Shown here piece by piece: positions 38,032-51,138 of a stretch of 64,000 bases of DNA; positions within the stretch are counted from its first letter, which is position 1; each line of letters begins with the position of its first letter. The position numbers were made by a program, and so were the translations under genes. The notes beneath the pieces were generated by a model. It saw only the letters and a list, made by a program, of their open reading frames with translations, was not told the origin of the DNA and did not search any database. This DNA is from Raillietiella orientalis (Eukaryota). Where the stretch lies: positions 5,270,001 to 5,334,000 of the forward strand of contig JAYWIR010000003.1 of assembly GCA_036172245.1 (NCBI GenBank), in the 5' to 3' direction.

Positions 38032-41000
38032 TTCTGCCTTCCTTCCACCACTGAAGCAACGCGACAACACCAAGTAAAGCCGGGAGTCGGGATCGCTAAC
38101 AAAACACGTCCGAGTCCAGCCGCGGCAAAATGCGACCTACCAAGCGTAAGAGGAACGGCCTCCTTCCTCCGGAGCTTTCAGGGATTTAGAGGGTGGTCCC
38201 TCCCAGGTTACTCCCTACCTACGTCCACGCCACCCTCGAGTGGCGTAGAGTTTAAAGAGCTTCGTGAGCCCCCTAAGGAGGTGCTGCGGAGACTCCTGGT
38301 CCTTGCGGATGCTGCGGCGAATACGAGCTTCCGAAAGAATCCGTGAGCAGAAAGGAAGACGCGTTTATATGAGTGAGAACGGATCTTCTGCTTTCAGACA
38401 TCTCGTACCATGCCCAAGAAGCCTCCATGCACCTTCCGGGAGGCTTGGCATACCACCCGCTGCGAGTTTCTTCTGCCTGACGGGGTGGAGCATCCCATGG
38501 AGTGCTCCTGCAGCCCGAGTGCGCCGCTCACTTACCGAGATGCTGACACGACTCAGCAACCGCCTGATGGACCTGCAATAGCGCGGCTCGCGGACTTAAG
38601 AGGTAAGACTTCCAGATGGTTCTCGTGTGCCTCCACTGAACACTGCCTCTGGTGCAGGATTTCTTCTTCCTCCCATCTGGAAGTCTTCGTGGTTACCCGA
38701 ATTTCAAGACAGCCTGCGGTTCATGCAGTCGGTTGTCTTTTCTTGAAGGGCTCTTGCGTGCATACCTGGACGCTCAAATGCCACCAGAGGCGCATGCATG
38801 TCCCTCCCGTACAGAGGGGCTTGCGTGATCCCTGGAACAGTGCAAACAGTCACGGAGGAACGAGAAAGAAGACCGTTATGCGTCTCTGAGGAGTCTCTCC
38901 CGAGAAGAAGAGCAGATGCAGCCTTATTTGCCTGCGTTATCGCTGCACGTTCTCTAGGAAGAGGCATGAACCATCACGCGTCTCTGTCTGAGGTTCTCCT
39001 GAGAAGGGGAGCAGCTGGAGTTTTGTTTCCCTGCGTTATCGTTCCACGTTGCCCAGGAACTCGCCCCACGCGGCCCCATGTCGATTTTGAACTCAACTCA
39101 GTAGCCACATTTAGAGGAAGAGAGGAGCCGTTTTGAGCTCTGCAGAGAAAGAGAGGGAAGTTCACCGGAATCCAGGACAAATCCAGGACACCTTCACGAC
39201 GTGGCTCTTGTGGAGTCAAAGGTCGAAAGACTCTTTCTGCTCTCCAAGAAGCGGAGCATCCTGTGTTTTCCATGCGACCCAGAGAAGCTGCAAGCACGTG
39301 GGAAAATCAAGGTGACGAATCTCTGCCGACCTGATGATGACAGCTGACAAAATAAGGTGACGTTCCAGATAGTTTACAGATACCGAAGGGATGGTATCCG
39401 TGCTTGTTTGCTTGCTCTCTTTTCTTAGAAAGTGGACCATTTACTGTGAACGAGGGGCGCTGGACTTCTATGAGAGGGAAGAATGGGAGAGGAGTAGGGA
39501 GGGATCTTTGGCAGGAACATCAGCCATCGATTCTTAGTATCTTACTCGATTGCTAGGATTTCCTTCTTGGTGTTTCAGGTTGGATGTGCGAAACGCCATC
39601 ATTTAGACGACATGCTGGAAAACAACAATTCGTTGAGGACCTATTCGTCTTCCACCTACGCTTTCAGCAAAGCAGCAGAGATGCGCAGGATGTGGCGCAG
39701 GTCATCTTGCATCCACTCACTCCACTCCACAGAAAGATATGATTGTTGAGGTCAGAAGACAACAAGAACACCATTGCCGAACAGCTCGAGGAAAGAGTCG
39801 TGCTTCAGTGAAACTGCTTGATTACGTGAGAGTTACAAGAAAGAATTGATTAATCGTGTTTCAAAACAGATGAATGAAAAGCTGCGCGATTCTTGAAAAG
39901 AAAGAAAATGTGAGTAAAAAGGAGAGAGGGGGAGAAGAATTTTCTGACGAAATTCCCCATCGACGCAGTACGCCGTTCGTTCATCAACGGGTTCAAAGAG
40001 AAATGTCTGCAACCCTGAGTTCTTTGAAAAGTTGTTTTTCCTCTAAAACCGAATAGCGTTTAGTGTTCCAGGATGCTTGAAGGCTGCAAATGAAGTTAAT
40101 TGCGCTAATAGAAGTCTCTCGAAACTCTCAGCACTAAAGCACACTCTTAAGAGTTGAAAAATGAGTTTTAGATCAACCTCTTGGGTACGTTAGCATTGCG
40201 TCTGTCTTGCCGTTGCTTATTCACTTCCTACTTTGAATTCGGCTGGCAGCCGTTCGTCAGCTAAGCCAAGTTCCCCTCAGATGATAGCCAAAAGAGGTTG
40301 GCATGATCTGGAAAGATAACATATTAGCTCTTAGCCTTCATTGCCCATGATTTCTTGCATCCCAACTGTCGCCAGATGCACCACTTGGATCAAGAGAGTC
40401 CATGTCGTGGAAATGCGGATCAGGTACATCTTCATTTGGAAAGCAGCTGGTACAGCAATGGTCAGCAAATGTGAGGTGGATGCTGATATAATAGATGTTG
40501 GATACATGGGTACATCGTGAAGAATAATCCTCTGTACAGATGGTACGTATAAAAATGAATGACTTCACTCATGAGGAACAAGATTAGACCATTGGTTTGC
40601 ATAAGTGCGATAAAAATAAAGAAAGAGACTTACTATTTCTCTATCCTTGATCTATGTTGTGCTTGGGACGAGGACACAATCGTTACTGGGATGCTCAGTG
40701 TTCAGGAGGTATTACTTCACATGGATCTGAGAAGATTCGTTTCAGAGATCACACCGATAGTCAGCTCCGCAAAATCCAACGATGACATCAGAATTGTACT
40801 CATGATGTAGAGCTCTGAAAAGCAGAGCACAGTAGGTTCAACTCAATTTCCCTTGTATTTTTAGAGCAGAAGGTCAGTGCAATCATTTTCAGCGATTGCA
40901 CAGAGTTGAACCCGAGTTCGGAGGGGAGAAAATTAGGGCGGAAGTTAGATGAAGGAGTAGTAACAAATTTGAAACTACAAACTTTTGTTGGACCCTCGAC

Positions 41001-43574
41001 CGAATGCATCGCAACCAATCAACTCGTAGCCTCCTAGAACAAGAGTTAACCGATCTTCTCAAAGCAAGACAGCTATTGAGAGCGGCGCAGATGATAAACG
41101 GCCACAAACAAAGATTTGATAAAAGAAGTAAAGGCAGCAGCAAGTGCTTGCAAAAAAGAGTCAGATGAAAGACGCAGAAAGGGACCTTAGACAAAGAGCA
41201 GCAGTTTACGGAATCGTGTAAGATGTGCTGCAAGTACAGCCTCCACGACGATTGTCAGAAACACTGCACGCATCTTTGGACGACACAGAAAAGAATAAAT
41301 TAGCACATACAGCTTTCCTTCACAAAGATAAGCAGGCCGAGGGAAGGAGTTCTCAGCCTTTCACTTCAAGTCAAAGACAGAAGAATACACGGCGAGCATT
41401 TTCAGGAGTTGCCAACTTTGGGTACAAACAAATTTCGGCAGCCTTCTCCCAAATCCCGAATTACAAAGAAAGGAGGATTTCAGCTCCTTTACTTACCTCG
41501 GCTATTCTTCCTCTCTGTTCGCTCTTTTCGAAATTCTCGTGATAGGACTCAAAGGTTGGTGAAATGTTGGCATTTCATGAGTTGCGGACAAGGCCTGTCT
41601 TTTGCGGACTCTCCCTCTACGGGCAGACTGCGAAAGATACGCATCCCTCCGTGGCATCTCTTCCTAGTCATGCTTGGAACGTCAGAGTAGTGGTCCTCCT
41701 AGCGGCCTAATACGATTGTGGTGGATCTAGAAGTGGATACCGAGAGTGTTTCTATTTTGTAGCCTTCCTGCGTTCCTTAGTCTCTGATGTGAAAAACTGT
41801 ATTATGATGCTTCCTACTTCGAGGGAAAACAGCATTCTCGCGACTGCTGTGTTTGCGGGATGTGTTGGAAATCGCTGCGGACACTTAAAGCTTTGGTTTC
41901 GGAGGAAATTGGTATATTCTGACGTCTTCCAAGGACTGTCACAAACAAAGGCCATCTATTACCTCTGTTGACCCTTCCTTGATTTCCCTGTTTCTTCAGA
42001 AAGAAATGCTGCCCGGAAAGATGAAAGCACCGGTGTGAAATCTGTATCAATTTTGCTCTTGATCTTTTGGATATGAGAAGCTCCGAGCTGGTTTAGAAAC
42101 TCCTCACTTTACATGCTTGGCAAGTTTCAGAATTATGCCTTCTTTCTCTCCCCCTCTCTCTCTCTCTCTCATGACATCCTTTGCCTTGAATTTGACATCT
42201 CTGATTTTCATCTTCATTTCTTTCGCATCCCAGTTGTTTCCCTTTTTTCTTTGCCTTCGTCCTCTTAAAGGTTTCCTTACGGAGAAACCAAAGCGAAGTG
42301 GAAGATGGGTCGAAGTATCTCTAGGAAACCAGAACGATGTGGCGGCGATTTCTGCACAGAGTCCTCTGGAAAAACGGGGTGAAGAGAAGGTCGGCCACTG
42401 TTCCGCTTGTCAGACATCCATAGTACCCCACAAACAAATAGCATCAGCCGTATTCCCTTACCATTTCCAATGTCCTCATTCTTCATCCTGAAGACACCGA
42501 GAACTCGAAACATAACTTCATCCATAAAAATGCCCGATAAAAATGCTTTTCCTCTTTTTAGTACTTGAAGACACAATTCAGGAGACACAGTTCACCTTTC
42601 GGTACCTTGCTGCACGTCCTCAAATTCATTTTGCCTTTCCCAAGTTACCACAGGGAAAAAAGCGCGGGTCTGTTTTTGATAGTCGCCTTTCCGAACCCGT
42701 GAGTAACCTCTGAACTCTTCTACCAAAATGGATTTTATCGCTTCGCCTTTGCGAAATGTACAGATTGTAGAAATTCGTCAAAGTGGAGGTATTTTTTCTC
42801 ATGGTTGGACTCGTCGTATGGTGACGAAGAGGGACGTTTTCGGACTGGATGGTTGTTCCAGATAGGGACAGACCTTCGTCCTCGACGGAGGTTCTTTTTC
42901 TCTGAGTGTCGTGCACGACTTCCAGTGATCTGGTCGGAGGCTCATTATGAACGAGGAGTTCCCTGTAAACTCGGATAAACTGTTCGCCCTTATCTGGGAG
43001 GACTGAAGCAGGTAGGAATTCCTTATCAGTCATCAAGATAAGTGAGGTGGTGTCCTCAGTATCTTAACGTAAGGATCCTTTGAAATACAACTCAAAACGC
43101 GGATTCCGCGCAAAATTTCCCCCTCGAGCCTCCGATTATAGTTCGGTTCCAAAGATTTATGCAGCTCCCTCGAGATGCATTCTCTATGAACAGCGCCGTG
43201 AACATTTTACCAGAGTTGGTCCCTTCTGAAGCACGGAGGGGGCTGGACCGCTTCTTCTTTCAAATATGGAGATCTTGTTTTGAGGAATATGAGGCCTCCT
43301 CTCATGAGCAACCAAAGCGCTTATCTGTACCTCCAGGTCACTTCTCCAAAAGTTATCGAAAAACAGAGCCAATAGCCAGGTGTTTCCTCCAGCTTGTCTG
43401 ATGTTTTATCTTCGGAGCATTCAGCTCGCCTTTGATTCGAACACACATTCCGGAATAATTTCATTTAAGAGCTGTGGTGTTCCTGCAGTGGGTCGAATTC
43501 TCCGAAAAAAGCGATAAACCCGTGCTGACGGTGTCTGTGATTCCCACTGGGGTTGCGTTCTTGTACTTGTAAAA

Positions 43575-46500
43575 ATGCATTTCAATGTTAAGGACCTGGT
43601 GCTCTTGACCTTTCTGCTGCCCACAATTAGCCGGGTAAGAAATAGGAACTTCGAGTGGAGCAAACACGAAAGAAAGCTTATTTCAGAGCTTCCCAATCAA
43701 AATACCAGTGAAGGTCTTTTTGGAGTCTCTGTGCCCGGATAGCATAACTGCGTTCAAAACTTCCCTTACAGAAGTGTACCAAAAATTGCCGGACATAGTT
43801 GAGTTCCGGTTCGTTCCCTACGGAAAAGCCAAGGTAGGCACGAACTACTCCTAAGGCAGAGCAGAAATCGAATGTGCTTGAGGAGTGAGCGAAACAGCCA
43901 TTCCTCCATGGTTCGTCTCTTCCGAATAAGGGAAAAACGGTATCCTTTGCTTCGGCCGCCGTTGTGCAATCAATCCGAAGTCTTCCGGAAGTTGAACTGG
44001 ATCTTTCATTCTATTAGAGAGTGTGCGAAGAAATCGCTTGACGGCCCAGCATGGAGCTCGTAGCCGCCATCTCACTCCGAGTTCTTTCGTTCGGACCGAA
44101 GCACTCTTGAGTGCTTGCTGACTTGCCTGCTGACCTGACTCGCTTCGGTTTCCGCTGATCCAGAGAAGTTCTTTTGGCTTGCTGCGGTTCCAGAAATGCC
44201 CGTCGCCACGCCGTGGCCGTTGCTAGCATTTCATCCCTGCTTTCTGCAAACCTTCGGAGTCAACGCCACTCCACGTTTCTCGTGAGACTTTGATACTTAT
44301 TTATTTTTCGGAAATCCAAAGCAACCTTCCCGTTGAAGCTGAGCGCATTCCAAAAGACTGAGGTGCTGATCTTATTCCAGGGAGCTGTTATCTGATATAG
44401 TTCTACCACTATTTTGCATTATAGCAAAACACTGGTTCCTAGAACGGATGTCGCGATTTCGGAACGCCTTTTTTTTTTTTTCCTTCTTTTTCCAACCATT
44501 ACAGCTGCAACGCCCCCCGCTAACAAAATTCTTCAATCCCTTATGACGGGAATTGGTTATTTGTTAGGAGAAATTGGCGATCTTTCATTGAAACGCAAAG
44601 CTATCCTTGTGAAATAATCATCTGTTTTAGATATCGCCTGAGGGAATCATTCCAGAATGGATTGTGTGCCAGCACGGCGCTTCAGAATGTCAAGGAAATA
44701 AGTATTTGGCATGTGCTTCAAAATACAGGGAATCCTTAGAGCAAGAAGTCGCATTCGTGTTTTGTTTCATGACCAATGTAGAGCCATTCGGAGACTTGGA
44801 TACTGTGGATTTTGTTCTTGAACTCGTAAGTTGCATTCTTTGCGCTGCTGCTCCTCCCAAGATCATAACGGGGACAAAGAAGAGGTCGTTTTCGTCCCCT
44901 TGGGATTTCACTGATTAACCAAACTGTTGCCTCGCCTGCCGTGGTCCCATCGGGAAACTCCTAGTCAACCGCTTCGCATCGGTTCTCGGGAATCACGAAT
45001 TTGCACCCCATTTCTTTGCCTACTTTTCGAGTCCAATAGCGCGTGCATGAAAATCGGTCGCGAGGTTCGATCGCTTCGGTATCTTTCGTCAAGAGAATGC
45101 GCAGATATGAGTGAAAACGAAATCCTCTCATGACCAACGTGATCACGTGAGGAAACCAGACAAGATGGGTCCGAGGTGATAACTTGAAGGATGCAAGCCA
45201 TCGCGATAAGTAAAAGGATGCCGAGATCTGGGTTTGAAGCCAGCGAGTTTTTTGCTTCGTACACACTTTGCTTCCGAGGGAGTGAATGAATTGCAAATAC
45301 TCGATCCGTGCTGTGTTCGTCACCAGGCGCCTGCGGTGCTCTGTATAATTTTACGCACGTATTTGAAAGTGCCTTTAATTTTTCACATTCGTATTGAGGA
45401 CTGCAATCCATCGATTCCCGGCATGAATGGGAATAAGATATCTGCCCATTATCTTTCAAGATGTGCTTCCTCCCCCCTCCCCCCTTCACCCCACCCGTTC
45501 CTCCCGGGGAGACCTGCTCGTTAGTTTCACCCCAAATTGAACCAGCAGTTCGGACAAACAACATTCCTGCGATCGCAAAAGCAGAAAAAAAAACTTAAAA
45601 CGGAGGGCAAACCGTGCAGATTTTCATTAATTGGAACAGAGAGAACTCTACTTTTTTCTAGGGGGACGGCAAGAAAAATTACTGCTATTCCTAGCGAGTG
45701 GGCCTTGAATCGTATTAAAGATACATTGAACGTAGGTTAGCGCCAAAAATGCACCGGAACTTCACCCTGAGATATTCCGTGTTCCGAGATATTCATGAAT
45801 GCTGCCCACTTGGCAGGGTTGCTCGATCTGCTTCATATACTTCGAATGGCAACCAAATAAATATTCAGCACTAAGGCTCTTCCACTCTGCATGATAATTT
45901 TTGTGCTCGTCTTCCATTTTGTCAGCATGCCTGTAGAGGATTTAATTTTTTTATTACAGCTTCAGCGACGCTTCCCACGTGTAGTTCAGCGTTCTGTCCT
46001 GCTAAAAGCCGTCACTTTATTCCAGTGTTCCATCAGGGCTCAGTACAACAGTTCACTTCTGAGGGAATGTGCTGAAAACGAGGGAATCAGTCTGCTACGA
46101 CCCCGTGGAGAAGAAACCGCGAGATTCCGTCCCCCGATTGACGAAATCCCGAAAATCATTGTCGGAAAGGTGAGCAGGTCCCCTAGCAACTGCTGCTGAG
46201 CTCTCCCACCCACCTTTCCAGAGGGAGATCGAAGATCCCGAACACTCCCCGATTTGGCAAGTCTGCAAGGAATTGGCAAACCGAAACATCGGCCCCCCTG
46301 CGTGCTTGGAATTGGGAAGTAATGCAACACATCCTCACCACTCCGATCCTGAAGCTGCGTAGATGACCAGTGGACTTCAGCCCACGCGTGCTTCAACTCT
46401 ATGCAATTTGTTTCATTGCTCTCATATAGAATACGCATTTGAAATTTCAGTTTTGGACGCGTTTGAGCTTTTCCTAAAATGTCCGTTTACTTATAATTTC

Positions 46501-47977
46501 AAAGGATGCCTGGTAACCCTTGGGGCGCATCTTGCGCGAGGAGCTTTTTGATCGCTGGGAAGGGATATTCATAGATCAGAAAACTCTTGCACTCTCACTT
46601 TCGTTCATTTTTTTTCATATTACTATTTTATTTTTTTATATCGGTTCAGAGATTCATGCAAATGTTTATTGCTTGTCGCAACCCAACGGAATTTCCTCAA
46701 CGCTTTCATCAGCGCAATTACTCATGCCATTATTATTTCGGTTGCGATGTTTCCAATTTGAAGACAATTAAGTTTCATTACGTTCATCCTTGAAACCACA
46801 ATCACAGCATCAATCGCTCAAGATAAGATAGGGTTCTTTCTAAATTGCCTTCATCCATAGTGCACTGTTATCAACCACCTTGAGAGAAGCCCCAAATTCC
46901 AGAATTCTTGTACAGTCATTGGGACAAGCATCCACATGAGGTGCTTTATAAAGGAAATTTATTTCGTCTGCTGGTAATAGACTGGAAAAAAAAAAAAAAG
47001 CCAACGAGTTCACTGATTATCATATTTAATTCAATTCGACTCCATTATTCTCTAGAATCACTTTTCATACATACCCACTTGGACGTGTTGGGGACCAGGA
47101 AAATGGCGGCTCCCTTGGTTGACCCAATGGACTCGCCATAACTTTTTGATTTGCCTAATTTATGCAATCCTTTTGGGGGGGTATATCTGCACCATCTGAT
47201 TCCCCACCCCAGTTTGTGGAAAGCACTTGGTTGCTGCTTCGTCATCTTACTATTTCGCTCCGTAAGTGTTTGTCTGTTTTTCAGGTCCTCCGAAGCTCTT
47301 CGTTCAGATGACGGAACCGATCGAAGGAACTTTGCTAATCATTTGCTTTGGGCCTTGTCTTGGCTGAGGATCATTCAAAAAGTGATGCAATCGGACACAC
47401 ACCCCCATTTTCGAAACTCGGAGATAATTATCAGCGGCAAAGGGAGGGGGGGGGGAATCGGTTTTTTCACTTCTTTCAAGCAACAACTTTTGCGACCGTT
47501 TTTTCTGTTTCTGAACTTTACGAATTTGGACAGTTTATCGTCGCTCCCTCAGTTTCCTTCTGCAAACCTTTCCTAATGGAAACTCCGTTGAAACAAAGAA
47601 GCGTTCCACGCAAACATTGCATGAAATTCTTCCCATGCATATGTGACTCCAAAATCATTATTGATTATTGAAGAGTACTGATTACGATTGAAATAAAAAG
47701 CTGAACGAATGGTGCCAAACGAAAGAACGGGTAGATTACGTTTCTTCGTGCTCGAAATCTTCAGCAAAGTGCCGTGAAAATGCATTTCACGAACTGCTTG
47801 TTCAACCTTAAGGGCCCACTTATTTCAGCAGGGAACCTTTCCGTTCACATTTTATGGGGAAGTTTAACAAGATGTTACTTTTACTCCCAGGCTGCGAAAA
47901 GGGCTCTTTGGTGTGAAACGAACGCAGGAACTTTCTTAGGAGGCTCGGAACGATGCATCGACTCGTCATCATCATGA
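43575..47977 (+). CDS. GILT-like (gamma-interferon-inducible lysosomal thiol reductase, IFI30 family) protein, about 210 aa
   Basis: Exons 43575-43634 (signal-peptide-like MHFNVKDLVLLTFLLPTISR), 43687-43833 (VFLESLCPDS...FVPYGKAK), 44631-44825 (signature CQHGASECQGNKYLAC = CQHGX2ECX2NX4C), 46026-46169 (C...ECA..EG..LL...GEET...IPKII) and probable last exon 47891-47977 (two Cys). All introns are GT-AG phase 0. The last exon is tentative. Confidence 0.88.
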
Positions 47978-48449
47978 TCCCATCTTCCCCTGTCTTGGAA
48001 GATTCTTCCTCATCCGATATTCACCATCTTCAGCTCGGTCTTCATAAGTGTCCTTCCTCCTCTCCTCGACCTCGAGGGTCATCCCCCTTCGTCCTTCCTG
48101 GAGGTCAGCTCCACGCACAGAGCCTTGGTGTCCTCCTTTTCGCTCCTGGATGTGAGGGGGCGTGGCAAAGGTGGAAGGGGACACCAGGTGGACTTGCTGT
48201 GGCCGCTGTTGTGCAGTGAATCTCCACTGGAACTCTTCTCGTGGCAGCTGCAATTTGCGAGGATGTTTTTCAACTGGTGCTCCAATTCCACTTCGACCGG
48301 CACGACTCACGCGACAGCCTGTGAATCTTTAACATTTTTCCTTTTCTTTTGGGTGGGTGGGGGTGGCGGTGGGGGAGCACCCTTGTTCTGTACGATTGGC
48401 AAATGCATTCGACGGGAGGTTTGAAATTCTCGGGGGGGAAAAAAGAAAC

Positions 48450-48781
48450 AAAGTCGGGTGCTGCGAAGTCCGCCGAAGAAGCCGCGAGCTGCCAAAGTTC
48501 GAGTCGCGGAAGAGCCAGCGGCAGCATCCAGTTCTCCGGATCACCGTGCACCGCCACTGCATCAGTTCATCCCGGCCCACTACGGCGGGAATTCCTCCTC
48601 GCGGGGCTGGTTTCCGAATTCGGAAAGCTTCCGCGTCCCCTCGGTGGATCGGGATTCGGGTTTCGTCTCGCTCGTGGCCGGGAGTCCGGTCGTTTGACCT
48701 CTGGTCGACCCCCTCGAGGCCCCGTGTCCCCGACCACGCGCCATCCGCCGCCTCGCGCGCGCTTTCGCTTTCGTTTCCAAG
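48450..48781 (+). promoter_or_regulatory. GC/CpG-rich promoter and 5' UTR region of WDR61
   Basis: CpG-dense block immediately upstream of the ATG at 48782, followed by AT-rich, CpG-poor intron sequence. Confidence 0.5.
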
Positions 48782-50488
48782 ATGGCAACCGTACGTGCCA
48801 GGGAGCTACATGGAGTTTCCTGCCCGGAACTTTGCAGTTCACGTATTGTTTTGCATTTCGTAGGGTAGCGTCTGTCGAAGTTTAAGGTACTTTCCTGCTG
48901 TCAACTCTTGGAAAAGATTCTTTTGCACCAAATGTTTAACGAAATTTTGTATTCCGCTGTACTACGAACGCAACTCGAGTAGTTGTGGCAGGATGATGTT
49001 TCGTTATGACTTTTACGAATTCGTTTTTTTTTTTTTTTTTTTATAATCAACTTGTGTTTTCTAAGTACACTGTTTTTAGTATTTGTGTGAGATTTTAATT
49101 ATGAAAATATCATTTCAGTCGTGTTTTAAATTACTCATTTACTTAAGGAGGTAAAATTTAATCTTACCTAGACAACTAAATTACAAAACACTTTTTTACA
49201 TTAACAACTGAAGAATTGTTGATTCTACTGTTTTTGATTCATACTATTTTACATGCTCATCTTAAGTGCATTTGTTTACTATAGTGAATATGGTAAGTGG
49301 CTAACAGCATGTGATGAAGCCCAAATACAATATCTATGTGTATAGTACAGTGTACTATACAGGCAAGATAATACTCACGATGATAACATCTGGTGCTGTG
49401 CATGGTCGAAACCAGCATCTGCTGATAAGGACATCAGTTCAGCAGAGTACATAGCTACAGGTTCAATGGATGATACTGTGAAGATATGGAACTGGGAGAC
49501 TGGAAAGCTTTACCCAAGCCATGTATTAGAAGGTCATGCATTGGGAGTGATATCAGTGGCCTTTAACAAAACTGGCACTTGTAAGTGAAGAAGCCCTATA
49601 ATAGAATAAGCTTGTCTTGAAAGTGTTGGCATCAAGCTCTCTGGATGCACATATCATCCTATGGGATCCCCAGAGTGGTCGGCAAATAAGGAGCATAGAT
49701 GCTGCTCCAGTAGAGGCATGGACTGTGGATTTTTCACCAGATGGCCAAATGCTGATCACTGGTACTCATGATGGCAAGATCAGCTTATATGGGGTTGAAT
49801 CTGGCAGGCTAGAACAAAGTCTTGATACTCGTGGGAAGTTTACATTCAGTTTAGCATATGTGAGTATGAAGATTTGAGAATTTCACAACTCTGTTTGCAT
49901 CTACATTTCATAATAAGATCAGCTTGTTTGCTGTCCTTTGTCTGGGATGTTTCTATGCCCAAATACTTGTGTAACATATTTGTTTTTGTTTAGAGTCCAG
50001 ATGGTCACTATCTTGCAAGTGGAGCCACAGATGGCATAGTCTATATATTTGACATGCCTTCTGGGAAACTGCTAAGTACATTAGAAGGCCATGCTATGAC
50101 TGTTCGAGCTCTGAATTTTTCTCCCGATTCACAGTTGTTACTAACAGCTTCTGATGATGGTCATATGAAGCTGTACGATGTGTGAGGATAGGCATATGTG
50201 TTGGTTAGAGGCAATTCTTCTTGCAGCCAAAACGCAGATGTTGTTGGCACTTTGTCTGGTCATGGATCCTGGGTATTAAGTACCAGTTTTGCTCCTGATG
50301 GAAGACATTTTGCCTCCGGCAGTGCTGATCACACAGTGCGCCTTTGGGAGTTATCCAGTCGTGAGTGCATCCATACATTTGCAGAGCACAATGATCAAGT
50401 ATGGTGTGTGCGATACAGTCCATCTGGCCGACAGCTGGCATCTGTATCAGATGATCGGAGCCTGCTCATTTACAACATACCTGCATGA
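48782..50488 (+). CDS. WDR61: WD repeat-containing protein 61 / SKI8 (SKI and PAF1 complex subunit), 309 aa
   Basis: Exons 48782-48790 (MAT), 49346-49580, 49624-49859, 49994-50181, 50227-50488; 930 nt with consistent phases. Diagnostic peptides [105 protein letters not shown]. Confidence 0.96.
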
Positions 50489-50509
50489 TTGTAATTCTGA
50501 CTGGTGTTT

Positions 50510-50515
50510 AATAAA
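50510..50515 (+). promoter_or_regulatory. Polyadenylation signal of WDR61
   Basis: AATAAA 21 nt after the stop codon, with a T/GT-rich tract downstream. Confidence 0.65.
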
Positions 50516-51138
50516 AACACAACTTACTCTAATTCTATTGTCGTTTGTTCATAATTTTGGGATTAGACGGGCTTTATTCTTAGTCAAAGGAACTTGATTG
50601 TCAACTTAATTAATTTTAGGAGTCAATTACCTGATTCTATTAATTTTGGAGTGCATTTCAAGATGAAAGCTGCTTCAGGAATACAAATTTGCAAATGGTT
50701 TTAATTTGAATGAGCTAAATATTAATTCAACTTTTATGTAGGCCATAAAAGTACCTCATATTGCTTTCATATTCAGTAATGGAATTAATGCAGCTTTTAT
50801 TAAAACATTGAGTCATCAGCTGCTGTTATGGTATTCAGGTGGCATTATATTCTGTTTACTACTGAAAAGGAATAATTAAAAGCTGCTTAGAATTTGTGAT
50901 TCTATACGCTCTTGAATGATAAAAGTGAATATCAAGATACTTAAGGTGTTACAGTACTGAAGTATTGAGATCCCAGATTTTCCTGTGCAGGACAAAGCCT
51001 AAGGAAGATAACTTTGCTCATGAAATTAAATTAACTAAAAGTACAGTGCTGAAAGTAACCTCTGAAACTTAGATGGTTTAATGTCAGTTTTGTTGCACCT
51101 GATTTGAAATGTTCATTAAATCATAATCCATTTTTTGA

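Larger units (their letters stand above)
31620..38150 (-). mobile_element. Tx1/L1-clade non-LTR retrotransposon, host copy A (near full length, decayed, 3' truncated, interrupted by two nested copies)
   Basis: Collinear on the minus strand: ORF1 with two CX2CX4HX4C knuckles, APE endonuclease motifs, RT motifs, and post-RT IKYLG-like (FQYLGV) and RDGGL motifs. Stops and frameshifts are present. Boundaries are approximate. Confidence 0.9.

Noticed and set aside
38150..38260. Hairpin (ACGCCAC/GTGGCGT) as a possible HDV-like ribozyme at the LINE 5' end
   Set aside because: Could not build the nested double pseudoknot; only a simple stem is visible.
40330..40820. Exon-like Cys/His-rich minus-strand segments with splice-like sites
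   Set aside because: Stops in the frames tested and no recognisable product.
47286..47310. Alternative last exon for the GILT gene
   Set aside because: Phase-0 use gives a stop after 8 codons with no C-terminal cysteines; the 47891 exon fits better.
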